64,000 nucleotides of DNA from a virus (Duplodnaviria > Caudoviricetes): positions 1 to 64,000 of IMG/VR virus record IMGVR_UViG_2706794555_000001, one strand, 5' to 3'. Below are positions 26,902 to 35,785 of the stretch, in pieces. The notes below the pieces were generated by a model. That model was not told the origin of the DNA. It ran no database searches and saw only the letters and a list, made by a program, of their open reading frames with translations. Each line of letters starts with the position of its first letter. Position 1 is the stretch's first letter. A program made the position numbers and the translations under genes.

Positions 26902-27749
26902 CCGAGGACAAGCCGATGGCCTCACCCGCGACACTGCGCCGCATCGCGCTGGGCACCGTCATCGCCACCATCGCCCTGACCGGTACCGCGTTCTGGCTCT
27001 CCTACGAACACCTGCACGACGTCGCCAGGCACTACGGACTCGACGGCAGCCGCGCCTGGGCATGGCCCGCGACCGTCGACCTGTTCATCGTCATCGGCGA
27101 AGCCCTGATCCTCAGCGCATCACTGCAGCGCCTGACCGACAGGGCCGCCATCGTCCTGGCCGTCATCGGCTCCACCGGATCCATTGCCCTCAACGTCGCC
27201 GGCGTCGGCAGCCACGCCCCCGGCATGACCTACGTCGTTGCCGCCGTGCCACCGTGCGCGGCGCTTCTGGCGTTCGGCGCGCTGATGCGGCAGATCCACG
27301 AGAACCTCTCAGGTGGCAGCCGGGCGGAGACTGGCAGTGGCAGCAGTGCGCCTGCCAGCGCACCGCCAGAGCCTGCCAGTCGAGCGGCTGCCAGCGCCCC
27401 TGCCACCCCTGCCACTCCCCCGGCTGCCACCCCTGGCAGGACCGTGCCAGAGCCCGGCGCGGCCCCCGCTGGCACGCCTGCCAGCCCGCGGCCCGCCACC
27501 CCTGGCAAGGCGCCCGCGGCAGCCGCTGGCACTTCGGACAGCACCCTCGCTGCCGCCAGCGAGGCCCGGGATCTCGACGAGGTCGCCGACACCTACCGCA
27601 AGCTCGCCGCAGCCCTCGGCCGCGCCCCATCGGACAAGGCACTCGCCGACGCCCTCGGCGTGGGCCGCTCCCGCGCGCAGCAGTTGCGCTCCGCCGCCGC
27701 CGAAGCAGGGCACGCCGATCTGGCCAAAGCGCTCCGGGCGGCATCATGA
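26898..27749 (+). CDS. DUF2637 membrane protein with C-terminal HTH (Streptomyces transfer/spread protein)
   Basis: AFWLSYEHLHDVA...RAWAWPATVDLFI...SIALNV...AAVPP; HTH PSDKALADALGVGRSRAQQLR. Confidence 0.85.
   Translation: MTEDKPMASPATLRRIALGTVIATIALTGTAFWLSYEHLHDVARHYGLDGSRAWAWPATVDLFIVIGEALILSASLQRLTDRAAIVLAVIGSTGSIALNVAGVGSHAPGMTYVVAAVPPCAALLAFGALMRQIHENLSGGSRAETGSGSSAPASAPPEPASRAAASAPATPATPPAATPGRTVPEPGAAPAGTPASPRPATPGKAPAAAAGTSDSTLAAASEARDLDEVADTYRKLAAALGRAPSDKALADALGVGRSRAQQLRSAAAEAGHADLAKALRAAS
27314..27531. repeat. TGCCA/TGGCA pentamer array 1 (candidate clt)
   Basis: 15 copies counted by eye in about 220 bp, both orientations. Confidence 0.8.
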
Positions 27750-29704
27750 CCGCCCCCAGTGACGTGACGCCGACCCCGCAGCTCTCGAAAACGCTCCGGC
27801 CTGCACCGATGCTCCCAGCCGTCACCACGTCACGTCACGGCGCTTCCCTCGCGGGCAGCCTGGAGACGTTCGCCGCCTGGTGCTCCCGACGCCGCTACGA
27901 GGCCGCTCCGCTCGCCGGGAACGCCGCCCTGACCGGCATCGCCTGGACCGAGAACCTTTCCGGCGTCGGCCTGGGAACCGGCCTGGCCTACGGTGCGGCC
28001 ACCGCAGCCTCCGGGGCACTCGCCGGCTTGGCCCTCAAGCACAAGCACCAGCACCTCGCCTCCGCCGGAGCCGGACTGACCGCGATCCTCGCCGACGCCG
28101 GCATCAACGCCATGGCCGGCCCGTCGACCGCCGGCCTGATTGCCAGTGCTATTGCCACCGCTGCCAGCTACGCCGTCTACATCCCCTGGTTGACCCGGCA
28201 CCGGCACGAGCGGTTGGCACTCCACGTCCAGGCCGCCAAGGCTGGCACCCTGGCAGGTGGCATGGGGCTGGCAGCGCAGGCCCCTGGCATCACGGGTGGC
28301 AGCGCGGAGGAGACCGCGATCTACCGGGCCCTGGCAGCCCTGGGTGCCACGCCGCTGTCCATCGACGCGTTCCAGTCGAACGCCAGCGGCTGGGTCGCCC
28401 TGGTGACCCTGCCGCCGGGCCGGGCCACGAGCCCGGGTGCGGTGTCCGCGAAGCGCGAGCAGCTGCGCACCAACCTCGGTCTGCCCGGACGGCTCACGCT
28501 GGGCCAGGGCCCGCAGGGCAACCAGCTGATCATCCGGATGCAGACCGTCGACCCGCTCGCCGACCCCATCCCGTGGCCCGGCCCGTCGATCACCTCCGTG
28601 AAGCAGGCCATGACAGTGGGCCTGTTCGCGGACGGCACCCCGATCCTCCTCGACGTCATGGCCGACCACATCCTCGTCGCCGGGGCCACCGACAAGGGCA
28701 AGTCGGGTCTCCTCAACGTCATCATCGCCAACCTCGCAGGCTGCCCCGACGTCAAGATCCTCGGCATCGACATGAAGCCCGGCGCCCTGGAACTCGGCCC
28801 CTGGCAGGCCGTCATGCACGCCCTGGCCTCCGGGGCCGAGGGTGCCGAGGCCGTCGCGGACTACGTCGTGCGTGAGATGGAACTCCGCGGCGAGCACCTC
28901 GCCACCCTGCGCGGCCCGGACGGTGAGCCGGTCCGCAAGTGGATCCCCGGCAACCCCGACGCCGACCCCGACTCGCCCGAGTGGGGCCACGGCGACGCCT
29001 GGGTGCTGGTCATCGACGAGCTGGCCGAGTTGGTCCGGCAGACCCCGAAGGTCGCCGACCGGCTCATCACCCTCAACCAGGTCGCCCGCGCCATGGGCAT
29101 CCGGATCCTCGCCGCCACCCAGTCCCCGTCCGAGCGCGCGTTCGGCGGCAAGGGCACCGACGCCCGCCAGCAGTACGGCACCCGCATCGGCCTGGGCGTC
29201 AACGAGTCCGTGACCGTGAACCTGATCCTCGGCGCCGGTGCGCTCGGCGCCGGCTGGCGGCTGCAGGACCTGGACGCCCCCGGCAAGCTGATGATCTCCT
29301 CGAAGCGGTACGGGCAGCCGCAGGAAGCCCGCGCCTACTGGATCGGCGACGGCCAGATCGCCGCGACCGCGCGCCTCAACGCCACCCGCAAGGCCGACCC
29401 GGACGGAACCCCGCCGGACGGCGGCGGCACGAAGCCGCGGCTGCTGAAGTCCGTGCCCTGCTTCCCTGACGGCTCCGAGATCCCCGCGAACCGGCAGTCC
29501 CTGTGGCAGGCCCTGGACCGGCGCGGCGCCGAGGGCGCGACGATCCTCGAACTCCTCGCCGAGGTCGCCGGGACGGGCCTGAACCAGCGCACGTCGATCT
29601 CCGACCCGATCCAGTCCTGGAAGGCCCGCGGCTGGGTCGTCGACGGCGGTCGCCGCGACGCCTCCAAGGTCTTCATCCTCGCCCGCCACGCCGAAGCAGC
29701 CTGA
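27746..29704 (+). CDS. traB: FtsK/SpoIIIE-family conjugal DNA translocase (TraB-like)
   Basis: N-terminal TM segments; Walker A ILVAGATDKGKSG; GIDMK; Walker B VLVIDELAEL; ATQSP; C-terminal wHTH. Confidence 0.88.
   Translation: MTAPSDVTPTPQLSKTLRPAPMLPAVTTSRHGASLAGSLETFAAWCSRRRYEAAPLAGNAALTGIAWTENLSGVGLGTGLAYGAATAASGALAGLALKHKHQHLASAGAGLTAILADAGINAMAGPSTAGLIASAIATAASYAVYIPWLTRHRHERLALHVQAAKAGTLAGGMGLAAQAPGITGGSAEETAIYRALAALGATPLSIDAFQSNASGWVALVTLPPGRATSPGAVSAKREQLRTNLGLPGRLTLGQGPQGNQLIIRMQTVDPLADPIPWPGPSITSVKQAMTVGLFADGTPILLDVMADHILVAGATDKGKSGLLNVIIANLAGCPDVKILGIDMKPGALELGPWQAVMHALASGAEGAEAVADYVVREMELRGEHLATLRGPDGEPVRKWIPGNPDADPDSPEWGHGDAWVLVIDELAELVRQTPKVADRLITLNQVARAMGIRILAATQSPSERAFGGKGTDARQQYGTRIGLGVNESVTVNLILGAGALGAGWRLQDLDAPGKLMISSKRYGQPQEARAYWIGDGQIAATARLNATRKADPDGTPPDGGGTKPRLLKSVPCFPDGSEIPANRQSLWQALDRRGAEGATILELLAEVAGTGLNQRTSISDPIQSWKARGWVVDGGRRDASKVFILARHAEAA
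28141..28349. repeat. TGCCA/TGGCA pentamer array 2 inside traB
   Basis: 12 copies counted in about 210 bp, forcing rare codons (ATT GCC AGT GCT ATT GCC). Confidence 0.75.
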
Positions 29705-29713
29705 GAGGCCGTC

Positions 29714-30124
29714 ATGTCCGACTACCTGGATGCCCTTGAGGGCCGCGCCGAGTGGGATCCGGTCGCTGCCGCGCTCGCCGAGGCCGACCGCCAGCGCTTC
29801 CTGCCGGTCCCGGTGGAGCGCCTGGCCGCGCCGGCCCCGGTCGTGGTGCATCAGCCCGAGCCGCTGCCCGCGCCCCAGCGCCGCGGCCTGGACCCGTGGG
29901 TGGTGCGCCCGCTGGCCCTGGGCGGCTGCGTTGCGCTGTGCGGCCTCGGCGTGGACCTGGCCGGCATGGGCATCCGGGCGGCGGGCCCGTACCTGTGGGG
30001 CCTGGCCGCGGTGCTGGGTGCGTTGGCCGCCCTGGTGGCGTTGATCAAGTCGAAGTCGGCGCCGGTGTCCGGCGGTACGAACGTGACGATCCAGGACAGT
30101 CGGCACGTCAAAGTCCGACTGTGA
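29714..30124 (+). CDS. Two-TM membrane protein (Spd-like)
   Basis: GAGG RBS; two hydrophobic helices; directly after traB. Confidence 0.7.
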   Translation: MSDYLDALEGRAEWDPVAAALAEADRQRFLPVPVERLAAPAPVVVHQPEPLPAPQRRGLDPWVVRPLALGGCVALCGLGVDLAGMGIRAAGPYLWGLAAVLGALAALVALIKSKSAPVSGGTNVTIQDSRHVKVRL

Positions 30125-30225
30125 GGCGCCGGACCGTCGGCCGCCGGATCTCTGTCTGGACGGGCCGCGTCATCTTCTGGTCCTGCCTGATCGGCACGGT
30201 CCTGCATTCCATCCACCACCACTAA
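30121..30225 (+). CDS. Small membrane peptide
   Basis: GTGA coupling; 34 aa with one hydrophobic stretch. Confidence 0.4.
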   Translation: MRRRTVGRRISVWTGRVIFWSCLIGTVLHSIHHH

Positions 30226-30234
30226 GGAGTCACC

Positions 30235-30435
30235 GTGTCGTTCCGCTTCCGCAAGTCCTTCAAGTTGCTGCCGGGTGTCCGGCTGAACCTCGGCAGCAAG
30301 TCGATGTCGATCACGCTTGGCTCCGGTCGGCTGCACGAAACCATCTCGACGACCGGTCGGCGCACCACATCGGTCCGGGTCGGCAAGGGCCTGTCCTGGC
30401 GCAGTACCAGCGGCAGCCGACGACGGAGAGGATGA
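30235..30435 (+). CDS. DUF4236 family protein
   Basis: FRFRKSFKLLPGVRLNLGSKS.SIT.G...GLSWR. Confidence 0.85.
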   Translation: MSFRFRKSFKLLPGVRLNLGSKSMSITLGSGRLHETISTTGRRTTSVRVGKGLSWRSTSGSRRRRG

Positions 30436-30668
30436 TGGCGGCCATGACCGTGCGCCCGTACCCGAGTGTCACCCGCGCCTGCCACCAACTGGAGCGCCAC
30501 GCCCAGCCGGAGCCCGAGCCGGTGCCGTTGGTCGCGGTGGACTGGGATGCGTTCGCCAAGACCGTCGGCTACAGCAATGCCAGCATCACGCGGGCCTTCG
30601 CTCGCCTCCAGGCGGCGTTCACCCAGCGGCCCGTGATCGACGTGACATTGTCGTCACGCCCCGGCTAG
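30432..30668 (+). CDS. Hypothetical protein
   Basis: ATGA coupling. Confidence 0.45.
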   Translation: MMAAMTVRPYPSVTRACHQLERHAQPEPEPVPLVAVDWDAFAKTVGYSNASITRAFARLQAAFTQRPVIDVTLSSRPG

Positions 30669-30701
30669 CCTGACGGGACCTCAGCTGCCCGCTGACGCAT
30701 C

Positions 30702-30737
30702 CCGGAGCCCCGCCGAACGCACACGGCGGGGCTCCGG
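30702..30737. terminator. Terminator hairpin ending the transfer operon
   Basis: 14-bp perfect stem CCGGAGCCCCGCCG/CGGCGGGGCTCCGG. Confidence 0.8.
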
Positions 30738-30863
30738 CGCGTCCGGGTGCAGGTCTGGTGATTCCGCCTCGTCGTGCCCGCCTCGGGTGCATCCTGATCT
30801 CAGGCGGGAAGACGCGCCTGCCCCGGCCCCGCCGCATCCCCCGTCGGCGGGGCCGAGGCGCGT

Positions 30864-31043
30864 CTACGACGCTTCGCGTTCCGGCCGGGGTTCGGCGCGG
30901 CCCATCCACCGGTCGTCGCGACCCAGCACCTGCGAGACGCGTCCGCCCGCGACGGGCAACAGGTCGTTGTTGGCGCACAGTTCGGCGAGGAGCTTCTCGG
31001 CCGCTTCACGAGTCTTCGCGTGAACCGTCACCATGGTGTCCAT
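30864..31043 (-). CDS. Small hypothetical protein (probably leaderless)
   Basis: CACGAT-N6-ATG; 59 aa. Confidence 0.5.
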   Translation of the reverse strand: MDTMVTVHAKTREAAEKLLAELCANNDLLPVAGGRVSQVLGRDDRWMGRAEPRPEREAS

Positions 31044-31198
31044 GGGCCTATCGTGACGCTCCGTTCGCACGCGTGCACGGCATTCCCGGCAATCCGTCAC
31101 GCCACGCAGGTCACCCCGCTGATGGTTACACGCAGCGACCGTCACAGGCGCATACTTCAAGCAGCCCCTGCCACTCCTGTCACCCGGGAGCCTGCGTC

Positions 31199-31912
31199 AT
31201 GCCCTCAGTCATCCCCCAGCCGTGCCCAGGTCGATGCAACGCCCCCTGGCGGCGAGCCGAAGAAATCGGCGACCCGCACACCCTCCAGCCCATCCCCGGT
31301 GAGCCCGTCCACTGCTGGGCCTGCTACTCCACCGCGCACACCCAACTCCAGCAGCTCCCCGAGCTCCTGCAGGCGATCTACCTCGAAGGACTCGACGGCA
31401 CCCACGCGAAGTTGGTCGGCACGATCGGCCGCGTCGGCCTCCAATCGCCGCCCTGGCCCGGGCAGGCCGCCCGCCTGTTCGCGGACGGCCTCGGCGAAGG
31501 CATCCTCATCCTCGCCAACGACGTCCGCGAGTACATGGACGAACCCGTCGAGGACCCCGACACCACCGGCGTCAGCGTTGGCCGCGCCATCGGGACCCTC
31601 GTCATCCACCTGCGCTGGCTCCTCGCCGAGCACCCCTGCGCCACCGAGTCCCACGGCGGGCGCTCCGGCAACCCGGCGTGGCAGATCCACGGCTGGCACC
31701 GCTCCGCCGAGGTGTTCTGCAAGCAGGACGAGCAGCCGGCGGCGAAGCGCCTGGCCGCCTGCCGGTCGTGCGGCGGCCCGTGGCTGCGGTCGGTGAACGG
31801 CGTGGTGGAGTGCGTGGATCCGGGCTGCCGGACCGTCATGACGAACGACGAGTACGCCGCCTACGTGGAGCGACTCACCGCCGCGGCAAAGTTCGCGGGC
31901 ATCGCCGCTTGA
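31199..31912 (+). CDS. Zinc-finger protein, probable late-gene regulator
   Basis: CPGRC, CWAC, CRSCG and CVDPGC; located ahead of late operon. Confidence 0.65.
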   Translation: MPSVIPQPCPGRCNAPWRRAEEIGDPHTLQPIPGEPVHCWACYSTAHTQLQQLPELLQAIYLEGLDGTHAKLVGTIGRVGLQSPPWPGQAARLFADGLGEGILILANDVREYMDEPVEDPDTTGVSVGRAIGTLVIHLRWLLAEHPCATESHGGRSGNPAWQIHGWHRSAEVFCKQDEQPAAKRLAACRSCGGPWLRSVNGVVECVDPGCRTVMTNDEYAAYVERLTAAAKFAGIAA

Positions 31913-31975
31913 CCAGGGACTTTGGACATGTCTAAAGTTCTCGCGGGAGATCATGCCCACTCGTAGAGCTTTCGA

Positions 31976-32008
31976 GGGCCTCGGAGTCGCTGACTTCGAG
32001 GCCTTTTG
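31976..32008 (+). terminator. Hairpin with T-tract at start of the late region
   Basis: AGGGCCTCGGAGTC-GCT-GACTTCGAGGCCTTTT. Confidence 0.6.
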
Positions 32009-32026
32009 CGTACCTGGAGGTGCCCG

Positions 32027-32260
32027 GTGATTGATGTCGCGGCCACCTTGCAGAAGGACGTCTGGACGGTTGCTGAGGCTGCCGAACTCGCCGAAGTTAC
32101 GGTCGATGCGGTGCACAAGTGGCGTCGCCGCGGGCTGCTGGAAGACGCCGGCCGGGACTGGCGGGGCCGGGTCCTGGTGCGCGCCGTCGACGTGATCCGG
32201 GCCGAGAAGGCCACCCGCGAGCGGGCCCGCCGGGTGTATCCGGTTCACCAGGCAGCCTGA
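32027..32260 (+). CDS. MerR-like HTH protein
   Basis: WTVAEAAELAEVTVDAVHKWRRRGLL; GGAGG RBS. Confidence 0.8.
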   Translation: MIDVAATLQKDVWTVAEAAELAEVTVDAVHKWRRRGLLEDAGRDWRGRVLVRAVDVIRAEKATRERARRVYPVHQAA

Positions 32261-32339
32261 CCGAGCTGTTGCGCCATCGCATGGAGGACCCTTGAAGCCC
32301 GGCCCCACCCTCCCCGACCGGCGCGAGTCCTCGTCTCGG

Positions 32340-32585
32340 ATGACGATGCCGCGCCCTGGCTTTGAGGCCGACCGCATCGCCGCCGGCCTCTACGGCCGCA
32401 GCGACCTGACCGACGATCAGCTGTGGGCTGCCCTGGAGTACGCACCACTACTGCGCTCCGAGGGGCGCCTTGCCGCTGAGATGCGGGTGCCGATGGTCGT
32501 CTATCCAGAGCGCCCGCGGGCTGGCTACTGCCTGTGTCGCACGACTCTGAGCCGGGACAGTTCCCGGCGCCAGAACGGTCGCTGA
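32340..32585 (+). CDS. Hypothetical protein
   Basis: Short ORF, weak RBS. Confidence 0.4.
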   Translation: MTMPRPGFEADRIAAGLYGRSDLTDDQLWAALEYAPLLRSEGRLAAEMRVPMVVYPERPRAGYCLCRTTLSRDSSRRQNGR

Positions 32586-32799
32586 GGCCGCCTGATCTCC
32601 CTGATGGCCTCGCCCTGGCGGCTGTCGGGGTGGGCTCGTGTGCGCCGAGGGTCGCCGCGGGCCTGTCGCGGCCCGGTCGACTTCCCCGTCCAGCCGGGCC
32701 GCGACATCAACCCTCTGCCTCCGCGGAGGGGTGGCGTCTAGCAGTGGCGCCTTAATCGAGGCTGCTCAAGCCGACGCCCCAGCTTCGAAGGCGGTGACC

Positions 32800-33177
32800 G
32801 TGCCTGAGCTTCCGCTACACCACGACATCACCGTCACCTGCGGATCCCAGTGGAACGACGACGCCTACGAGCTCAAGAACGACAACGGCAGCCTGATCGA
32901 CATCAGCACCGCAGAGTTCGAGTTCGTGATCCGCCCCAACACCGTGGACCGCACCCAACCCGGCATGGTCACCGTCACCAGCACCCAGGCCACCGCCCAG
33001 GGCTACATCACCGTGACCGCCGCGACCTCCACGATCCTCGTGGTCCTGTCGCCCACCGCCACCGCGCTCCTGGCCGGCAACGCGTACCCGTACGACCTGT
33101 GGATGAACCCCGGCGGCCCGACCGCCATGGTCTGGGTTCGCGGCGTCGTGTTCTCCGAACTCGCCCCTGCGGCCTGA
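32800..33177 (+). CDS. Beta-rich virion accessory protein (BppU/LtfC-like candidate)
   Basis: IDISTAEFEFVIR...ILVVLSPTATALL...YDLW; precedes a fibre gene. Confidence 0.55.
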   Translation: MPELPLHHDITVTCGSQWNDDAYELKNDNGSLIDISTAEFEFVIRPNTVDRTQPGMVTVTSTQATAQGYITVTAATSTILVVLSPTATALLAGNAYPYDLWMNPGGPTAMVWVRGVVFSELAPAA

Positions 33178-33188
33178 GAGGGGTGACT

Positions 33189-35150
33189 GTGCCCAACGTC
33201 ATCGTCTCCGCGGCTGGCGTCCAGGGTCCGCGCGGCAACACGATCCTGTCCGGTATCGGCGCGCCCACCAGCGCGGTGGGCGTCGACGGCGACTTCTACT
33301 TCGACAAGACGAACTTTCCGTCGAGCGTGGTCCTGTACGGGCCGCGCGTCGCCGGACTGTGGCCCAGCTCGGGCGTGACCGTTGGCGGCACCGCGGGCGC
33401 GCTGGTTGCGGCGAACAACTTGTCCGACGTTCTCAGCGCGAGCGTGGCCCGCACGAACCTCGGGCTCGGCTCGGCGGCCACTCAGGCGGCGGGCGCGTTC
33501 GACGCGTTCGGGGCCGCGAGTGCTGCGCAGTCCGGTGCGATCGCTGACGCGGCCACGAAGTACCAGCCCCTGCAGCCGTGGGTGTTCGACGTTGTTCGGG
33601 CGTACGGCGCGAAGGGTGACGGGCAGATCGTCACCGACGGCGTCATGGCGTCGGGAAGTGCCGTAGTCACCTCGGCCAGCGGCAAGTTCGGAAACGTCAC
33701 AGCCAACATGCTCGTCATGGCCAAGGGCGCCGGTGCGACCGGCGTGACGACCCTGGTCGCGACCGCCGCCAGCAAGCAGTCCAGCAACCAGATCACCCTG
33801 AATGCCGTCAACGCCACCGGGACGGCCCTGACCGGTCTGACGATCATGTGGGCGAGCGACGACACCACGGCGATCCAGAGCGCCATCAACGACGCCGTCG
33901 CCTACGCACAATCCCACGGCGGCGCAGCGACGGTGCTGATCCCCGCGGCCCTCGGCGAGTTCTACGGCATCGGCGGCCCCCTGGTCACCACCGCATCGGG
34001 CAACGCGCAGCTGACGATCCCCGTCGTCTCCAGCACCGGCAACAAGCTGGTGCTGACGTTCCAGGGTGCTGGCGACGGTGCGGCGGTGCAGTACTGGCAG
34101 CAGGTCCCGCCGCAGATGAGCGGCAGCACCCTCGTGTCCTTCGGCGTGTTCGCGGGTCCGTCGGCGCAGGCCACGAGCATCACGAACCACGGCAACCCGT
34201 CGCTGCTCGGCGGACCGTCGCAGCCCGGCGGCTATGGTGTCGCACCCGGCGTGTACACCAACGTCGACGTCGTGATGCGGGGCCTGTCGCTGCGCACCAC
34301 GCACTCCGCAGACGGTCTGGGCTACACCGCGATGGACTTCGACGGCTGCGCGAACGCCGCCCTCCACGACGTCGGCTACGGATCCCTGGGTACGGTCGCG
34401 AACGGCGACTTCGGCAACCCGGGAGTGTTCGGCACCGGCCTGTCCATCGGGCTGCTGATGCCAGCGTCCGGCAACAACGACCTGTGCATCCTCGACAACG
34501 TCACCTGCCACGGCGGGTACACGTACGCCGCGTTCGTCACCGAGCACACTGACATGTTCGGGGTGCGACTGCTGTACTGCTGGGCCGGGCTGTGCCCCGT
34601 GGGCCTGTACTTCGGCTCCGTCGGGTCGGTCCATGCGATCCGTGGGTTCGTGTCGGTGGAGGCGTGCCACTACCACCTGTACATCGTCGGCGGCGGTTCC
34701 GGTGGCGTGGGCCCGTTCCTGCACCTGCTGCTGGACACCGAGGGCACGGTCCTGTTCGGCGACAACGGCGCTGGCGCCCCGTCGGCGGCGGCCAAGGGTC
34801 AGGTGATCCTGACCGGCGAGGTCACCCTGCCGATCACGATCGACCATCCGCCGGGCTTCGACATCGTCAACGACCAGGTTTCGTTCGCGACTGCGGCGGT
34901 CAGTAGCGCCTACACGCTGACGCCGCTCGACGAGGTCGTAGAGGTCACCGGTACGACCACGGTGACGCTGCCGACCGCTGTCGGCCGCGCCCGGCGCGTC
35001 GTGATCGTCAACGTCGGCACGGGCACCGTCACCGTGGCCACGACGGGCGGCCAGACCATCAGCGGCTCTGCGACGAAGACCCTCGCCTCGCAGTGGAGCT
35101 CGCTGGAAGCCGTGCCGTCGCCGTCGGGGAACTGGACCCAGATCGCGTGA
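33189..35150 (+). CDS. Tail fibre/spike-like protein with beta-helix region
   Basis: GAPTSAVGVDGDFY, NNLSDV..ARTNLGLG, YGAKGDG..DDTTAIQSAI, C-terminal TVTLPTA..IVN..TVTV. Confidence 0.75.
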   Translation: MPNVIVSAAGVQGPRGNTILSGIGAPTSAVGVDGDFYFDKTNFPSSVVLYGPRVAGLWPSSGVTVGGTAGALVAANNLSDVLSASVARTNLGLGSAATQAAGAFDAFGAASAAQSGAIADAATKYQPLQPWVFDVVRAYGAKGDGQIVTDGVMASGSAVVTSASGKFGNVTANMLVMAKGAGATGVTTLVATAASKQSSNQITLNAVNATGTALTGLTIMWASDDTTAIQSAINDAVAYAQSHGGAATVLIPAALGEFYGIGGPLVTTASGNAQLTIPVVSSTGNKLVLTFQGAGDGAAVQYWQQVPPQMSGSTLVSFGVFAGPSAQATSITNHGNPSLLGGPSQPGGYGVAPGVYTNVDVVMRGLSLRTTHSADGLGYTAMDFDGCANAALHDVGYGSLGTVANGDFGNPGVFGTGLSIGLLMPASGNNDLCILDNVTCHGGYTYAAFVTEHTDMFGVRLLYCWAGLCPVGLYFGSVGSVHAIRGFVSVEACHYHLYIVGGGSGGVGPFLHLLLDTEGTVLFGDNGAGAPSAAAKGQVILTGEVTLPITIDHPPGFDIVNDQVSFATAAVSSAYTLTPLDEVVEVTGTTTVTLPTAVGRARRVVIVNVGTGTVTVATTGGQTISGSATKTLASQWSSLEAVPSPSGNWTQIA

Positions 35151-35307
35151 CCGACCCGTTCGACGACTGGCCTCCGATCCTCGGCCGCTGCTCCAACTGC
35201 AACGGACCGGCGCTGCTCAGCGACCAGCGCTGGTGGCACGACGGGCGCCGTTGTGATCCGCGCCAGTACGCCGAATTCCTGCCCGACCCACCCCATGGAG
35301 TACCCGC

Positions 35308-35760
35308 ATGCCGCAGCCCTCTGTCGGCCGCATCGTTCACTACGTCAGCTACGGCACACCGGGCGGCGAGTACAGCAAGGAGTGCCGCGCTGCCGTGATC
35401 ACCGAGGTGTCGCCGGAGAGCAAGGGCGAAGGTCGGGAGATCGTCAGCCTCGCCGTACTCAACCCGACCGGCTTCTTCTTCAACCGAGGCTGCGAGCACC
35501 ACGAGGTTGCCGTCGAGCCCGACCCGATGCCTCCCCAGCCCGGCGGCGGCGCGCTCAACCACCCCGGCGGCTCGTGGCACTGGCCCGAGCCAGACGAAAG
35601 CCCCACATCGTACTCAGATGGTCCGGCGCTGCCGTGCCAAGACTGCGGCGGCGGCCGAGAGTGCGCGCGCTGCGAAGGCCGCGGCCACCTCGACGGCGAA
35701 CGCTGCCCCGCCTGCGAAAGCCTCGGCGTCTGCGCCACCTGCCGCACGGACAACGCGTAA
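35308..35760 (+). CDS. Conserved actinophage protein fused to a DnaJ-like zinc finger
   Basis: PSVGRIVHYVSYGTPGGEY..CRAAVITEV..WHWP followed by CxxCxGxG-like repeats. Confidence 0.7.
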   Translation: MPQPSVGRIVHYVSYGTPGGEYSKECRAAVITEVSPESKGEGREIVSLAVLNPTGFFFNRGCEHHEVAVEPDPMPPQPGGGALNHPGGSWHWPEPDESPTSYSDGPALPCQDCGGGRECARCEGRGHLDGERCPACESLGVCATCRTDNA

Positions 35761-35785
35761 CCAACCCTCACCTGTAGGAGTCACC

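Noticed and set aside
27830-30106. Long antisense ORFs (758 aa here; also 37834-40035, 44262-46499, 50903-54397)
   Set aside because: Shadow frames of high-GC3 genes; no RBS or recognisable motifs.
35147-35398. Small Cys-containing ORF coupled to the fibre gene
   Set aside because: Overlaps the well-supported 35308 gene by about 90 nt; not listed as a feature.
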